DNA of 64,000 nucleotides from Escherichia coli (GTDB lineage Bacteria; Pseudomonadota; Gammaproteobacteria; Enterobacterales; Enterobacteriaceae): NCBI RefSeq assembly GCF_030013595.1, contig NZ_CP122768.1; one strand, 5' to 3'. Shown piece by piece: positions 53,060 to 64,000 of this stretch (position 1 is its first letter; each line of letters starts with the position of its first letter). The notes under the pieces were generated by a model. It saw only the letters and a program-made list of their open reading frames with translations, ran no database searches and was not told where the DNA came from. The position numbers and the translations under genes were made by a program.

Positions 53060-54331
53060 TCAAACCTGTAATAGCGCCCTTCCCAGATAATCGTTCGTGT
53101 CCTTCACCCCCGGCAGCGCAAAAAAATAACCGCCGCCGATAGGTTTAACGTATTCCTCCAGCGCTTCGCCATTGAGCCTTTTTTGTACTGTCAGGAAGCC
53201 TTTTTCCAGATCGTGTTGGTAACAGACAAACAATAGCCCCATATCCAGTTGTCCGGAGTTGGTGACGCCCAACGAATAACTGTAGCCACGACGCAGCATC
53301 AGGCTGGACTCACTCTCTGGCGTGCGGGGATTCGCCAGCCGAATATGGCTGTCCAGCGCGATCACCTTCCCTTCCGGATCGCTGGCGTAATCGGGAACAT
53401 CATGCTCATGCTGCATTCCCAGCGGCGCACCGGTTTGTTTGTCGCGACCAAAAATCGTCTGCTGTTCTTTCAGTGGCGTTCTGTCCCAAAACTCCACCCG
53501 AAACTGAATCAACCGCACCGCCTGGTAGCTGCCACCGATTGTCCACGCAGGCTCCTGCTGATCTGCCGTTACCCACACCACTTTTTGCATCAACTTATCA
53601 TTCTGGCTATCGGGATTGGCAGTGCCGTCTTTGAAACCCAGCAAATTAATCGGCGTCTCTTTGCCTTTACTACGCGCCGCGTGATCGGAAATAAACCCTT
53701 CCCGCTTCCAGCGCACACTGAGCAAATCCGGCGTGTGTTTGATGATATCGCGCAGCGCATGGATCACCGTATCCTGGGTGTTGGCGCAAATTTGTAGCAA
53801 CACATCACCATGACATAATGCTGCATCAAGCGAGTCGTTGGGGAAACGCGTCATCTTCTGCAACTTTTTCGGCATCTGTGGAGCAAGACCAAACCGTTCA
53901 TCAAACAACGAGTGACCAACTGACAACGTGATGGTGAGATTATCGGGCGCAATGTAGCCGCCAAGAATGCCGGAATCGATTGGTGGCAGGCGCGGATTTG
54001 GCGTTTCTGGTGCCGCTCCGCCCTGAGTCAGAAAAGCAAAACGCTGAGTCAACAAGCGAAACAACCGTTCAAGTTCGGCTTTATCGCTGGCAAGCACATC
54101 AAACGCCACCAGCATCATTGCAGCCTGTTGTGGTGTCAGGATCCCTGCCTGATGCTCACCATAAAACGGCTGTTTCTCATTGCGTGCATCCGGTGAAAGC
54201 GTACCCGGCGCACTTTGCGTTTTTTGTGCATGAGCGACCGGACAACTTCCCGCAAGCGCCAGCGCACCAATCCCTTTCAGTAAACGTCGGCGTGACGGTT
54301 CATTCACGCCGTTTTCATCTTCATACTGCAT
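53060..54331 (-). CDS. efeB: Dye-decolorising (DyP-type) haem peroxidase EfeB, Tat-exported (423 aa)
   Basis: Twin-arginine signal [17 protein letters not shown]; DyP-type peroxidase body. Confidence 0.9.
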   Translation of the reverse strand: MQYEDENGVNEPSRRRLLKGIGALALAGSCPVAHAQKTQSAPGTLSPDARNEKQPFYGEHQAGILTPQQAAMMLVAFDVLASDKAELERLFRLLTQRFAFLTQGGAAPETPNPRLPPIDSGILGGYIAPDNLTITLSVGHSLFDERFGLAPQMPKKLQKMTRFPNDSLDAALCHGDVLLQICANTQDTVIHALRDIIKHTPDLLSVRWKREGFISDHAARSKGKETPINLLGFKDGTANPDSQNDKLMQKVVWVTADQQEPAWTIGGSYQAVRLIQFRVEFWDRTPLKEQQTIFGRDKQTGAPLGMQHEHDVPDYASDPEGKVIALDSHIRLANPRTPESESSLMLRRGYSYSLGVTNSGQLDMGLLFVCYQHDLEKGFLTVQKRLNGEALEEYVKPIGGGYFFALPGVKDTNDYLGRALLQV

Positions 54332-54336
54332 AACGC

Positions 54337-55464
54337 TTAATCCAGCCCCAGCACACCGCGAAGTTGCGCCAGATCTTCCGCCAGCGCAGTAATCGGCCCT
54401 TTCAGCGCATTACGGTCAGCATCGGTCAATTTGTCGTAGGTTTCAAAACCGTCTTTAGTACGGTATTTCGCCAGAATGGTATCGACCTTTTTGAAGTTGG
54501 CATCGACTTTTGCCAGCAGTTCCGGGTTGGCTTTTTGTAGTTGTGGACGCAGCAGATCGACAATTTTCTGCGAGCCTTCAACGTTAGCCTGGAAATCCCA
54601 CAGATCGGTGTGGCTGTAGCGATCTTCTTCACCGCTGATTTTGCTGGCTGCCACTTCCTCAATCAGTCCGGCTGCGCCGCCGACCACTTTTGACGGAGGG
54701 AAAGCCAGTTCACTGATGCGTTTTTGCAAATCGACCACATCGGTATAAAGCTGGTCGGCATACTTATCCATCCCTTTAGTGGTGTTATCGCCAAACAATG
54801 CTTTTTCCAGACGGTGGAAACCGGTGAATTTTGGATCGGCGGCTTTTTGCTCGTAATCATCTTCACGGGCGTCAATGCTACCATCCAGATCGGAGAACAG
54901 TTCAGCAATCGGTTCAATGCGCTCATAGTGCTGGCGCGTCGGCGCATACAGTGCTTTCGCTTTTTCGATATCGCCTGCTTTAATAGCGTCGGTAAAGGCT
55001 TTGGTGTCGGTCACCAGCTGCGTGGTTTCCGCCATGACATACGCTTTATATGCAGTAATTGCACCACCAAGACTTAACAGCGCATCACTTTGCGCCGCAT
55101 CCGCCGTTGCTTCACCTTTAACGATCAACTTCCCTTTCGGGTTAGTCAGCAGACCGCAGGTCATATCGTATTCGCCAGGCTGTAAATTCGCCGTCATTTT
55201 CTGGCTAAAGCCAGGGGCGATATTTTCTCGCTCTTCCACCACCATCACGCCTTTGAGGATCTCCCACTCCAGCGCCTTCTGGCTGTGGTTCTGAATAATA
55301 AACTGTGTTTTCCCGGCGTTAACCGTAATGGTCATCGGTTCGCACTGCTTATCCGTCACGGTGACTTTGACTTGCGGAATATCGGCGGCGTTAGCCATAA
55401 AAGCAGAAGAGAACAGCGCAGCCACGCTCAACTGCAATGCGTTACGGCGGAAGTTAATGGTCAT
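54337..55464 (-). CDS. efeO: Periplasmic iron-uptake component EfeO (375 aa)
   Basis: Signal peptide; cupredoxin-like N-domain and M75-peptidase-like C-domain; between efeB and efeU. Confidence 0.9.
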   Translation of the reverse strand: MTINFRRNALQLSVAALFSSAFMANAADIPQVKVTVTDKQCEPMTITVNAGKTQFIIQNHSQKALEWEILKGVMVVEERENIAPGFSQKMTANLQPGEYDMTCGLLTNPKGKLIVKGEATADAAQSDALLSLGGAITAYKAYVMAETTQLVTDTKAFTDAIKAGDIEKAKALYAPTRQHYERIEPIAELFSDLDGSIDAREDDYEQKAADPKFTGFHRLEKALFGDNTTKGMDKYADQLYTDVVDLQKRISELAFPPSKVVGGAAGLIEEVAASKISGEEDRYSHTDLWDFQANVEGSQKIVDLLRPQLQKANPELLAKVDANFKKVDTILAKYRTKDGFETYDKLTDADRNALKGPITALAEDLAQLRGVLGLD

Positions 55465-55521
55465 GACGAGACTATCCCTTTAAAATATGTTGTAACTAAG
55501 CAAGAGTTTGCGTCGTATTTG

Positions 55522-56352
55522 TTACGCGGAGCGAGACGCTGTCGCCCCTGCGCGTGGTGGCAGAGCAAATGCCACCAGCGCCGGGATGAGATAAATAAAC
55601 CAGACGGCGACTTCGCTGACACTTGGCGCTTCCTGATAGCCAAAAATCCCTTCCATCAGCGTGCCAAACAGCGAGTGAGTTGAGAGCACCGCGCTCATAT
55701 CGAAGGCGATTTCCTGAAAGTGGTTCCACAATCCGGCTTCATGAAATGCGCGAATGGCACCAGCCGCCAGCCCTGCGGCGACGAAGAGAATAAACAGGCT
55801 GGTCCATTTAAAAAATGCACCAAGATTGAGGCGAATACCGCCCCAGTAGAGCAGGAAGCCGAGCACCACGGCTGTAGCAAGACCGAGCATTGCACCCAGC
55901 GGCGGCCAGATCCCGACATCTTGTTGAAACGCCGCCAGCAGGAAAAAGACCGACTCCAGCCCCTCCCTTGCAACGGCAAAAAAGACCATCATCACCAGCG
56001 CCCAGCCATGATGATTCCCACGCTGCAATGCGCTATCGACTGCCTGCTCCAGTTGTACTTTGACGTTGCGCGACACTTTGCGCATCCAGAAAACCATCCA
56101 GGTAAGGATCACCACGGCGATCACCGCCACGATACCTTCAAACAGTTCCTGTTCTTTTTGCGGAAATTCGCCGGTGGTTTCGTTAATGAAGATACCCAAG
56201 CCCAGGCACAACGCAGCGGCAAGCAACACGCCAATCCACATCACACCAATCCATCGGCCTCGCTGGGTACGCTTAAGATAGCTGGCAATCAAACTGACAA
56301 TCAGCGCGGCTTCAAGTCCTTCGCGCAACATAATGAGAAATGGAACAAACAT
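55522..56352 (-). CDS. efeU: Ferrous iron permease EfeU (FTR1/OFeT family), apparently intact
   Basis: Uninterrupted frame MFVPFLIMLREGLEAALIVSLIAS... containing two REGLE motifs (REGLEAAL, REGLESVF). Confidence 0.88.
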   Translation of the reverse strand: MFVPFLIMLREGLEAALIVSLIASYLKRTQRGRWIGVMWIGVLLAAALCLGLGIFINETTGEFPQKEQELFEGIVAVIAVVILTWMVFWMRKVSRNVKVQLEQAVDSALQRGNHHGWALVMMVFFAVAREGLESVFFLLAAFQQDVGIWPPLGAMLGLATAVVLGFLLYWGGIRLNLGAFFKWTSLFILFVAAGLAAGAIRAFHEAGLWNHFQEIAFDMSAVLSTHSLFGTLMEGIFGYQEAPSVSEVAVWFIYLIPALVAFALPPRAGATASRSA

Positions 56353-57005
56353 GCCACCCACCCTTAAACGTTTTTCTGAGTCAATCTATGCAAAGAAAAG
56401 TAAATCGCAGTGATAGCGATTATCATTACGGCAAAGAAAAATACAAGCGGAATGTTTATAAAATGATGTTGGAATGTAAACAAAGAGAGGTAATGGCAGG
56501 GGATATAAACGATTATTCCAGGTACAAAGATGGGATTGTTTACAACGAGCCATGTGTTCTTGCCAGATGCCGCGTAAACGCCTTATCCAGCCGACAAAAC
56601 TGTCCAGACTCAATGCATCAGAGCTTCCATGTAAAACTGATAAGCGGGTGTATCAAGCAATTTCGTCCATCCGCGATTATCAAATCTAACTTTTTGCCCG
56701 GAACATAATAACAGCTCGGGTGTTGGTGGCGTCAAAGTCGCTGAAGCGTTCCCCGAAGGCCAGGGCAGCCCACATGGATGTGGGCTGAGGGCGCGTCTTA
56801 CAGGACATTACCTCGCGCCCGACCCGGTAGCCGAAGGGGATAAGCTGAAGGTACCGCGCAGCGGCGATTTTGTTCGCCAGAGCCCGGGGTGCAGGGGGTG
56901 GCGGCGATTGGCCGCCCCCTGCACCATTCAATTTATATGGCGAGGCACATTAAGGGAGCGCAACCCGCTGCTGAAGCCAAACAAAACCGCCGCAGGCTAA
57001 GTCCC

Positions 57006-58514
<1,509 letters not shown>

Positions 58515-58936
58515 CTAAAGTCTCCAAAAAATTATTATCGGCAATGTCGAAACTTGCCGTTATATCTGCCACCGGAACGGGGTAACAGAGTTTATGTTTT
58601 ACCAGGGCGACCGTATCCTGCCGGAAGCGCTGGTTATTCACAATCGATTTAACACACCATTTACATTAAATTTTAGTGCTCAGCGACACTATTTTTCATC
58701 AGGTTGCACTCTCTCACATTTTTTGCGGTTGCACCTTTCAAAAATGTTAACTGCCGCAGAGAAAAAGTCTGAGTTATTTTTTTAATCCCTGTCATATCGA
58801 TTTCTTTTATTAACATTTCATTCATTTTTAAGCTTGCTACGCAGGTCACATTTAACATGGTTGCACAAAGTTGCAACATCATGGATATTTCACGATAACG
58901 TTAAGTTGCACCTTTCAGAACAACAGGAGTAATGGC
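58515..58936. promoter_or_regulatory. put control region (divergent putP/putA promoters with PutA operator half-sites)
   Basis: Five GTTGCA motifs around 58705, 58728, 58862, 58871 and 58906; 422-bp divergent intergenic region. Confidence 0.75.
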
Positions 58937-61900
58937 ATGGGAACCACCACCATGGGGGTTAAGCTGGACGACGCGACGCGTGAGCGTATTAAGTCTGCCG
59001 CGACACGTATCGATCGCACGCCACACTGGTTAATTAAGCAGGCGATTTTTTCTTATCTTGAACAACTGGAAAACAGCGATACTCTTCCGGAGCTACCTGC
59101 GCTGCTTTCTGGCGCTGCCAATGAGAGCGATGAAGCACCGACTCCGGCAGAGGAACCACACCAGCCTTTCCTCGACTTTGCCGAGCAAATTTTGCCCCAG
59201 TCGGTTTCCCGCGCCGCGATCACCGCTGCCTATCGCCGTCCGGAAACCGAAGCGGTTTCGATGCTGCTGGAACAAGCCCGCCTGCCGCAGCCAGTTGCTG
59301 AACAGGCGCATAAACTGGCATATCAACTGGCCGATAAACTGCGTAATCAAAAAAATGCCAGTGGTCGCGCAGGTATGGTCCAGGGGTTATTGCAGGAGTT
59401 TTCGCTGTCATCGCAGGAAGGCGTGGCGCTGATGTGTCTGGCAGAAGCGTTGTTGCGTATTCCCGACAAAGCCACCCGTGATGCGTTAATTCGCGACAAA
59501 ATCAGCAACGGTAACTGGCAGTCACACATTGGTCGTAGCCCGTCGTTGTTTGTTAATGCCGCCACCTGGGGGCTGCTGTTTACTGGCAAACTGGTTTCCA
59601 CCCATAACGAAGCCAGCCTCTCCCACTCGCTGAACCGCATTATCGGTAAGAGCGGTGAACCGCTGATCCGCAAAGGTGTGGATATGGCGATGCGCCTGAT
59701 GGGCGAGCAGTTCGTCACTGGCGAAACCATCGCGGAAGCGTTAGCCAATGCCCGCAAGCTGGAAGAGAAAGGTTTCCGTTACTCTTACGACATGCTGGGC
59801 GAAGCCGCGCTGACTGCCGCAGATGCACAGGCGTATATGGTTTCCTATCAGCAGGCGATTCACGCCATTGGTAAAGCGTCCAATGGTCGTGGCATCTATG
59901 AAGGTCCGGGCATTTCAATCAAGCTGTCGGCGCTGCATCCGCGTTACAGCCGCGCCCAGTATGACCGGGTAATGGAAGAGCTTTACCCACGTCTGAAATC
60001 ACTCACCCTGCTGGCGCGTCAGTACGATATTGGTATTAACATCGATGCCGAAGAGGCCGATCGTCTGGAGATCTCCCTCGATCTGCTGGAAAAACTCTGT
60101 TTCGAGCCGGAACTGGCAGGCTGGAACGGCATCGGTTTTGTTATTCAGGCTTATCAAAAACGCTGCCCGTTGGTGATTGATTACCTGATTGATCTCGCCA
60201 CCCGCAGCCGTCGCCGTCTGATGATTCGCCTGGTGAAAGGCGCGTACTGGGATAGTGAAATCAAGCGCGCGCAGATGGACGGCCTTGAAGGTTATCCGGT
60301 TTATACCCGCAAGGTGTATACCGACGTTTCATATCTCGCCTGTGCGAAAAAGCTGCTGGCGGTGCCGAATCTAATCTACCCGCAGTTCGCGACGCACAAC
60401 GCCCATACGCTGGCGGCAATTTATCAACTGGCGGGTCAAAACTACTATCCAGGTCAGTACGAGTTCCAGTGCCTGCATGGTATGGGCGAGCCACTGTATG
60501 AGCAGGTCACCGGGAAAGTTGCCGACGGCAAACTTAACCGTCCGTGTCGTATTTATGCTCCGGTTGGCACACATGAAACGCTGCTGGCGTATCTGGTGCG
60601 CCGCCTGCTGGAAAACGGTGCAAACACCTCGTTTGTTAACCGTATTGCCGACACCTCTTTGCCACTGGATGAACTGGTCGCCGATCCGGTCACTGCTGTA
60701 GAACAACTGGCACAACAGGAAGGGCAAACTGGATTACCGCATCCGAAAATTCCCCTGCCGCGCGATCTTTACGGTCACGGGCGCGACAACTCGGCAGGGC
60801 TGGATCTCGCTAACGAACACCGGCTGGCATCCCTCTCTTCTGCCCTGCTCAATAGTGCACTGCAAAAATGGCAGGCCTTACCAATGCTGAAACAACCGGT
60901 CACGGCTGGTGAGATGTCGCCCGTTATTAACCCTGCGGAACCGAAAGATATTGTGGGCTATGTGCGTGAAGCCACGCCGCGTGAAGTAGAACAGGCGCTG
61001 GAAAGTGCGGTTAATAACGCGCCAATCTGGTTTGCCACTCCTCCGGCTGAACGCGCAGCGATTTTGCACCGCGCTGCCGTGCTGATGGAAAGCCAGATGC
61101 AGCAACTGATTGGTATTCTGGTGCGTGAAGCCGGAAAAACCTTCAGTAACGCCATTGCCGAAGTGCGCGAAGCGGTCGATTTTCTCCACTACTACGCCGG
61201 ACAGGTGCGGGATGATTTCGCTAACGAAACCCACCGTCCATTAGGGCCTGTGGTATGTATCAGTCCGTGGAACTTCCCGCTGGCTATTTTCACCGGGCAG
61301 ATCGCCGCCGCACTGGCGGCAGGTAACAGCGTGCTGGCAAAACCGGCAGAACAAACGCCGCTGATTGCCGCGCAAGGGATCGCCATTTTGCTGGAAGCGG
61401 GTGTACCGCCAGGCGTGGTGCAATTGCTGCCAGGTCGGGGTGAAACCGTGGGCGCGCAACTGACGGGTGATGATCGCGTGCGCGGGGTGATGTTTACCGG
61501 TTCAACCGAAGTCGCTACGTTACTGCAGCGCAATATCGCCAGCCGCCTGGACGCTCAGGGTCGCCCTATTCCGCTCATCGCTGAAACCGGCGGCATGAAC
61601 GCGATGATTGTCGATTCTTCAGCACTGACCGAACAAGTCGTAATAGATGTGCTGGCCTCGGCGTTCGACAGTGCAGGTCAGCGTTGTTCGGCACTGCGCG
61701 TGCTGTGCCTGCAAGATGAGATTGCCGACCACACGTTGAAAATGCTGCGCGGCGCAATGGCCGAATGCCGGATGGGTAATCCTGGTCGCCTGACCACCGA
61801 TATCGGTCCGGTGATTGATAGCGAAGCGAAAGCCAATATTGAGCGTCATATTCAGACTATGCGTAGTAAAGGCCGTCCGGTGTTCCAGGCAGTGCGGGAA

Positions 61901-62899
61901 AACAGTGAAGATGCCCGTGAATGGCAAAGCGGCACCTTTGTCGCCCCGACGCTGATTGAACTGGATGACTTTGCCGAATTGCAAAAAGAGGTCTTTGGTC
62001 CGGTGCTGCATGTGGTGCGTTATAACCGTAACCAGCTGCCGGAGCTGATCGAGCAAATTAACGCTTCCGGTTATGGTCTGACGCTTGGCGTCCATACGCG
62101 CATTGATGAAACCATCGCCCAGGTCACTGGCTCGGCCCATGTCGGTAACCTGTACGTTAACCGTAATATGGTGGGCGCAGTGGTCGGGGTGCAGCCATTC
62201 GGCGGCGAAGGGTTGTCCGGCACCGGGCCGAAAGCAGGCGGTCCGCTCTATCTCTACCGTCTGCTGGCGAATCGCCCGGAAAGTGCACTGGCAGTGACGC
62301 TCGCGCGTCAGGATGCAGAGTATCCGGTCGATGCGCAGTTGAAAGCCGCATTGACTCAGCCGCTAAATGCACTGCGGGAATGGGCGGCAAACCGTCCAGA
62401 ATTGCAGGCGTTATGTACGCAATATGGCGAGCTGGCGCAGGCAGGAACACAGCGATTGCTGCCAGGGCCGACGGGTGAACGCAACACCTGGACGCTGCTG
62501 CCGCGCGAGCGCGTGTTGTGTATTGCGGATGATGAGCAGGATGCGCTGACTCAGCTCGCCGCCGTGCTGGCGGTGGGCAGCCAGGTGCTGTGGCCGGATG
62601 ACGCGCTGCATCGTCAGTTAGTGAAGGCATTGCCATCGGCAGTCAGCGAACGTATTCAACTGGCGAAAGCGGAAAATATAACCGCTCAACCGTTTGATGC
62701 GGTGATCTTCCACGGTGATTCGGATCAGCTTCGCGCATTGTGTGAAGCAGTTGCCGCGCGGGATGGCGCAATTGTTTCGGTGCAGGGTTTTGCCCGTGGC
62801 GAAAGCAATATCCTGCTGGAACGGCTGTATATCGAGCGTTCGCTGAGTGTGAATACCGCTGCCGCTGGCGGTAACGCCAGTTTAATGACGATCGGTTAA
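58937..62899 (+). CDS. putA: Bifunctional proline dehydrogenase / P5C dehydrogenase and transcriptional repressor PutA (1320 aa)
   Basis: ORF 58871..62899 trimmed to MGTTTMGVKLDDATRERIKSAATRIDRTPHWLIKQAIFSYLEQLE (ribbon-helix-helix), followed by PRODH and ALDH domains. Confidence 0.95.
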   Translation: MGTTTMGVKLDDATRERIKSAATRIDRTPHWLIKQAIFSYLEQLENSDTLPELPALLSGAANESDEAPTPAEEPHQPFLDFAEQILPQSVSRAAITAAYRRPETEAVSMLLEQARLPQPVAEQAHKLAYQLADKLRNQKNASGRAGMVQGLLQEFSLSSQEGVALMCLAEALLRIPDKATRDALIRDKISNGNWQSHIGRSPSLFVNAATWGLLFTGKLVSTHNEASLSHSLNRIIGKSGEPLIRKGVDMAMRLMGEQFVTGETIAEALANARKLEEKGFRYSYDMLGEAALTAADAQAYMVSYQQAIHAIGKASNGRGIYEGPGISIKLSALHPRYSRAQYDRVMEELYPRLKSLTLLARQYDIGINIDAEEADRLEISLDLLEKLCFEPELAGWNGIGFVIQAYQKRCPLVIDYLIDLATRSRRRLMIRLVKGAYWDSEIKRAQMDGLEGYPVYTRKVYTDVSYLACAKKLLAVPNLIYPQFATHNAHTLAAIYQLAGQNYYPGQYEFQCLHGMGEPLYEQVTGKVADGKLNRPCRIYAPVGTHETLLAYLVRRLLENGANTSFVNRIADTSLPLDELVADPVTAVEQLAQQEGQTGLPHPKIPLPRDLYGHGRDNSAGLDLANEHRLASLSSALLNSALQKWQALPMLKQPVTAGEMSPVINPAEPKDIVGYVREATPREVEQALESAVNNAPIWFATPPAERAAILHRAAVLMESQMQQLIGILVREAGKTFSNAIAEVREAVDFLHYYAGQVRDDFANETHRPLGPVVCISPWNFPLAIFTGQIAAALAAGNSVLAKPAEQTPLIAAQGIAILLEAGVPPGVVQLLPGRGETVGAQLTGDDRVRGVMFTGSTEVATLLQRNIASRLDAQGRPIPLIAETGGMNAMIVDSSALTEQVVIDVLASAFDSAGQRCSALRVLCLQDEIADHTLKMLRGAMAECRMGNPGRLTTDIGPVIDSEAKANIERHIQTMRSKGRPVFQAVRENSEDAREWQSGTFVAPTLIELDDFAELQKEVFGPVLHVVRYNRNQLPELIEQINASGYGLTLGVHTRIDETIAQVTGSAHVGNLYVNRNMVGAVVGVQPFGGEGLSGTGPKAGGPLYLYRLLANRPESALAVTLARQDAEYPVDAQLKAALTQPLNALREWAANRPELQALCTQYGELAQAGTQRLLPGPTGERNTWTLLPRERVLCIADDEQDALTQLAAVLAVGSQVLWPDDALHRQLVKALPSAVSERIQLAKAENITAQPFDAVIFHGDSDQLRALCEAVAARDGAIVSVQGFARGESNILLERLYIERSLSVNTAAAGGNASLMTIG

Positions 62900-62907
62900 G
62901 CAGGAAG

Positions 62908-62934
62908 CCGGAGGATGTTACAACCTCCTCCGGC
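62908..62934. terminator. Hairpin between convergent putA and rutR
   Basis: GCCGGAGGA...TCCTCCGGC inverted repeat directly after putA stop; weak T-run. Confidence 0.5.
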
Positions 62935-62938
62935 ATCT

Positions 62939-63577
62939 TTAACGTGGTCGAATCCCCTCAATAATAATCCGCTGCACGTTTTCAACCGTTTGATTGAAAA
63001 ATACCTCATCGCGCAACGTCGCGCCTGTCACCGCCTCCACCTGAGGGGCGAAATCGGCGTAATGTTGAGTGGAAGCCCAAATCATAAAAATCAAATGCTG
63101 CGGGTCAATCGGCGCGAGTTTGCCGCTTTTTACCCAACCGGCAATCAGCGCCGATTTCTCATCAATTAATGCCTTCAAATCGCCCGTCAGTTCATCCATT
63201 AACAACGGCGCGCCTGCCAGCATCTCCATACAAAACAGACGTGAAGCCTGCGGATAATCGCGTGAGACTTCCAGCTTCAGACGGATGTACTCTTTGATCG
63301 CCGCCAGCGGGGCGAAATCTTCACGAAACGCTTTTAACGGTGCCAGCCAGATATCGAGAATCTGCCGCAGTACGGCTATATACAGCGCCTCTTTTGACGG
63401 GAAGTAATACAGCAAATTGGTTTTTGAAACGCCTGCCAACTCTGCGATCTGCTCCAGCCTTGTGCCGTGAAAACCGAATTGTGAAAAAGTGTCCAGTGCT
63501 GCGCTAAGAATCGCTTTTTTCTTCGCGCTCACTGCGCGCGAACGTTTACCCGTTGTTTTCACTGCGCCTTGCGTCAT
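62939..63577 (-). CDS. rutR: TetR-family regulator RutR (212 aa)
   Basis: ORF 62939..63604 trimmed to MTQGAVKTTGKRSRAVSAKKKAILSAALDTFSQFGFHGTRLEQIAELAGVSKTNLLYYF (TetR HTH). Confidence 0.88.
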   Translation of the reverse strand: MTQGAVKTTGKRSRAVSAKKKAILSAALDTFSQFGFHGTRLEQIAELAGVSKTNLLYYFPSKEALYIAVLRQILDIWLAPLKAFREDFAPLAAIKEYIRLKLEVSRDYPQASRLFCMEMLAGAPLLMDELTGDLKALIDEKSALIAGWVKSGKLAPIDPQHLIFMIWASTQHYADFAPQVEAVTGATLRDEVFFNQTVENVQRIIIEGIRPR

Positions 63578-63807
63578 GCGCTCTCCCCTCTTGTAGATTG
63601 GCAACAGGATAGCAAAACCCCTGCCCGGCCTCGACCTTCTGCACTCTCATCGCGCACGGATGCATGTTTTATGTGCAACTGTTTTGACCGTTTAGTCCAC
63701 TTTTTTCCAGATATTTCAGACAACCAAACATTAACACATTAATAACATTCACTTTTTAAAAACTGGCATCCGCTTTGCAAACAAGCGATTAGGCGGCTGA
63801 AAAGGAT

Positions 63808-64000
63808 ATGCAGGATGCAGCGCCCCGTCTGACTTTCACTTTACGAGACGAAGAGAGGTTGATGATGAAAATTGGCGTATTCGTACCTATTGGCAACAAC
63901 GGCTGGCTCATTTCGACCCACGCGCCGCAGTACATGCCGACCTTTGAACTGAATAAAGCCATTGTGCAAAAAGCGGAGCACTACCATTTCGACTTCGCCC
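63808..64000 (+). CDS. rutA: Pyrimidine monooxygenase RutA, N-terminal part (continues beyond window)
   Basis: ATG at 63808 gives [64 protein letters not shown]; upstream TTGACCGTTTAGTCCA resembles a RutR operator. Confidence 0.8.

Noticed and set aside
56686-56931. 81-aa minus-strand ORF (MNGAGGGQSPPPPAP...) in the efeU-putP intergenic region
   Set aside because: Low-complexity Gly/Pro/Ala-rich translation of a GC-rich hairpin block with no convincing ribosome-binding site; more likely structured non-coding DNA.
59058-62636. Multiple ORFs on both strands inside putA
   Set aside because: putA is a single 1320-aa frame with recognisable domains; internal ORFs are alternative-frame artefacts of a GC-rich gene.

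Overview
This window reads as an Escherichia coli-type chromosomal segment with one large accessory island. The backbone order is ymdA, csgCAB (minus) / csgDEFG (plus), ycdZ-ycdY-ycdX-ghrA (minus), tRNA-Ser (serX), ycdU, then dgcT(ycdT), pgaABCD, phoH, efeBOU, putP / putA, rutR and the start of rutA. Between ycdU and dgcT (about 10.05-42.06 kb) lies a ~32-kb block that I recall K-12 lacking; that is from memory, not a comparison I could run. The island carries a ~20-kb co-directional operon: a two-partner-secretion pair (TpsA haemagglutinin/haemolysin-like exoprotein and TpsB transporter), then a type-II FAS/PKS-like lipid module, then a Lol-like ABC/outer-membrane export module, ending in ycdU. 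It also carries a chaperone-usher fimbrial operon, a frameshifted SDR gene, a ToxR/ToxS-like membrane regulator pair, and a CSS-motif EAL phosphodiesterase beside dgcT. Three strain-specific lesions or oddities stand out: an in-frame amber codon in csgG, an IS10 insertion with a 9-bp target duplication in pgaB, and 4.3 tandem copies of a 179-bp unit directly downstream of serX. Gene names for backbone genes rest on recognisable protein sequence and synteny; island gene functions are motif-level inferences, and no database search was possible.
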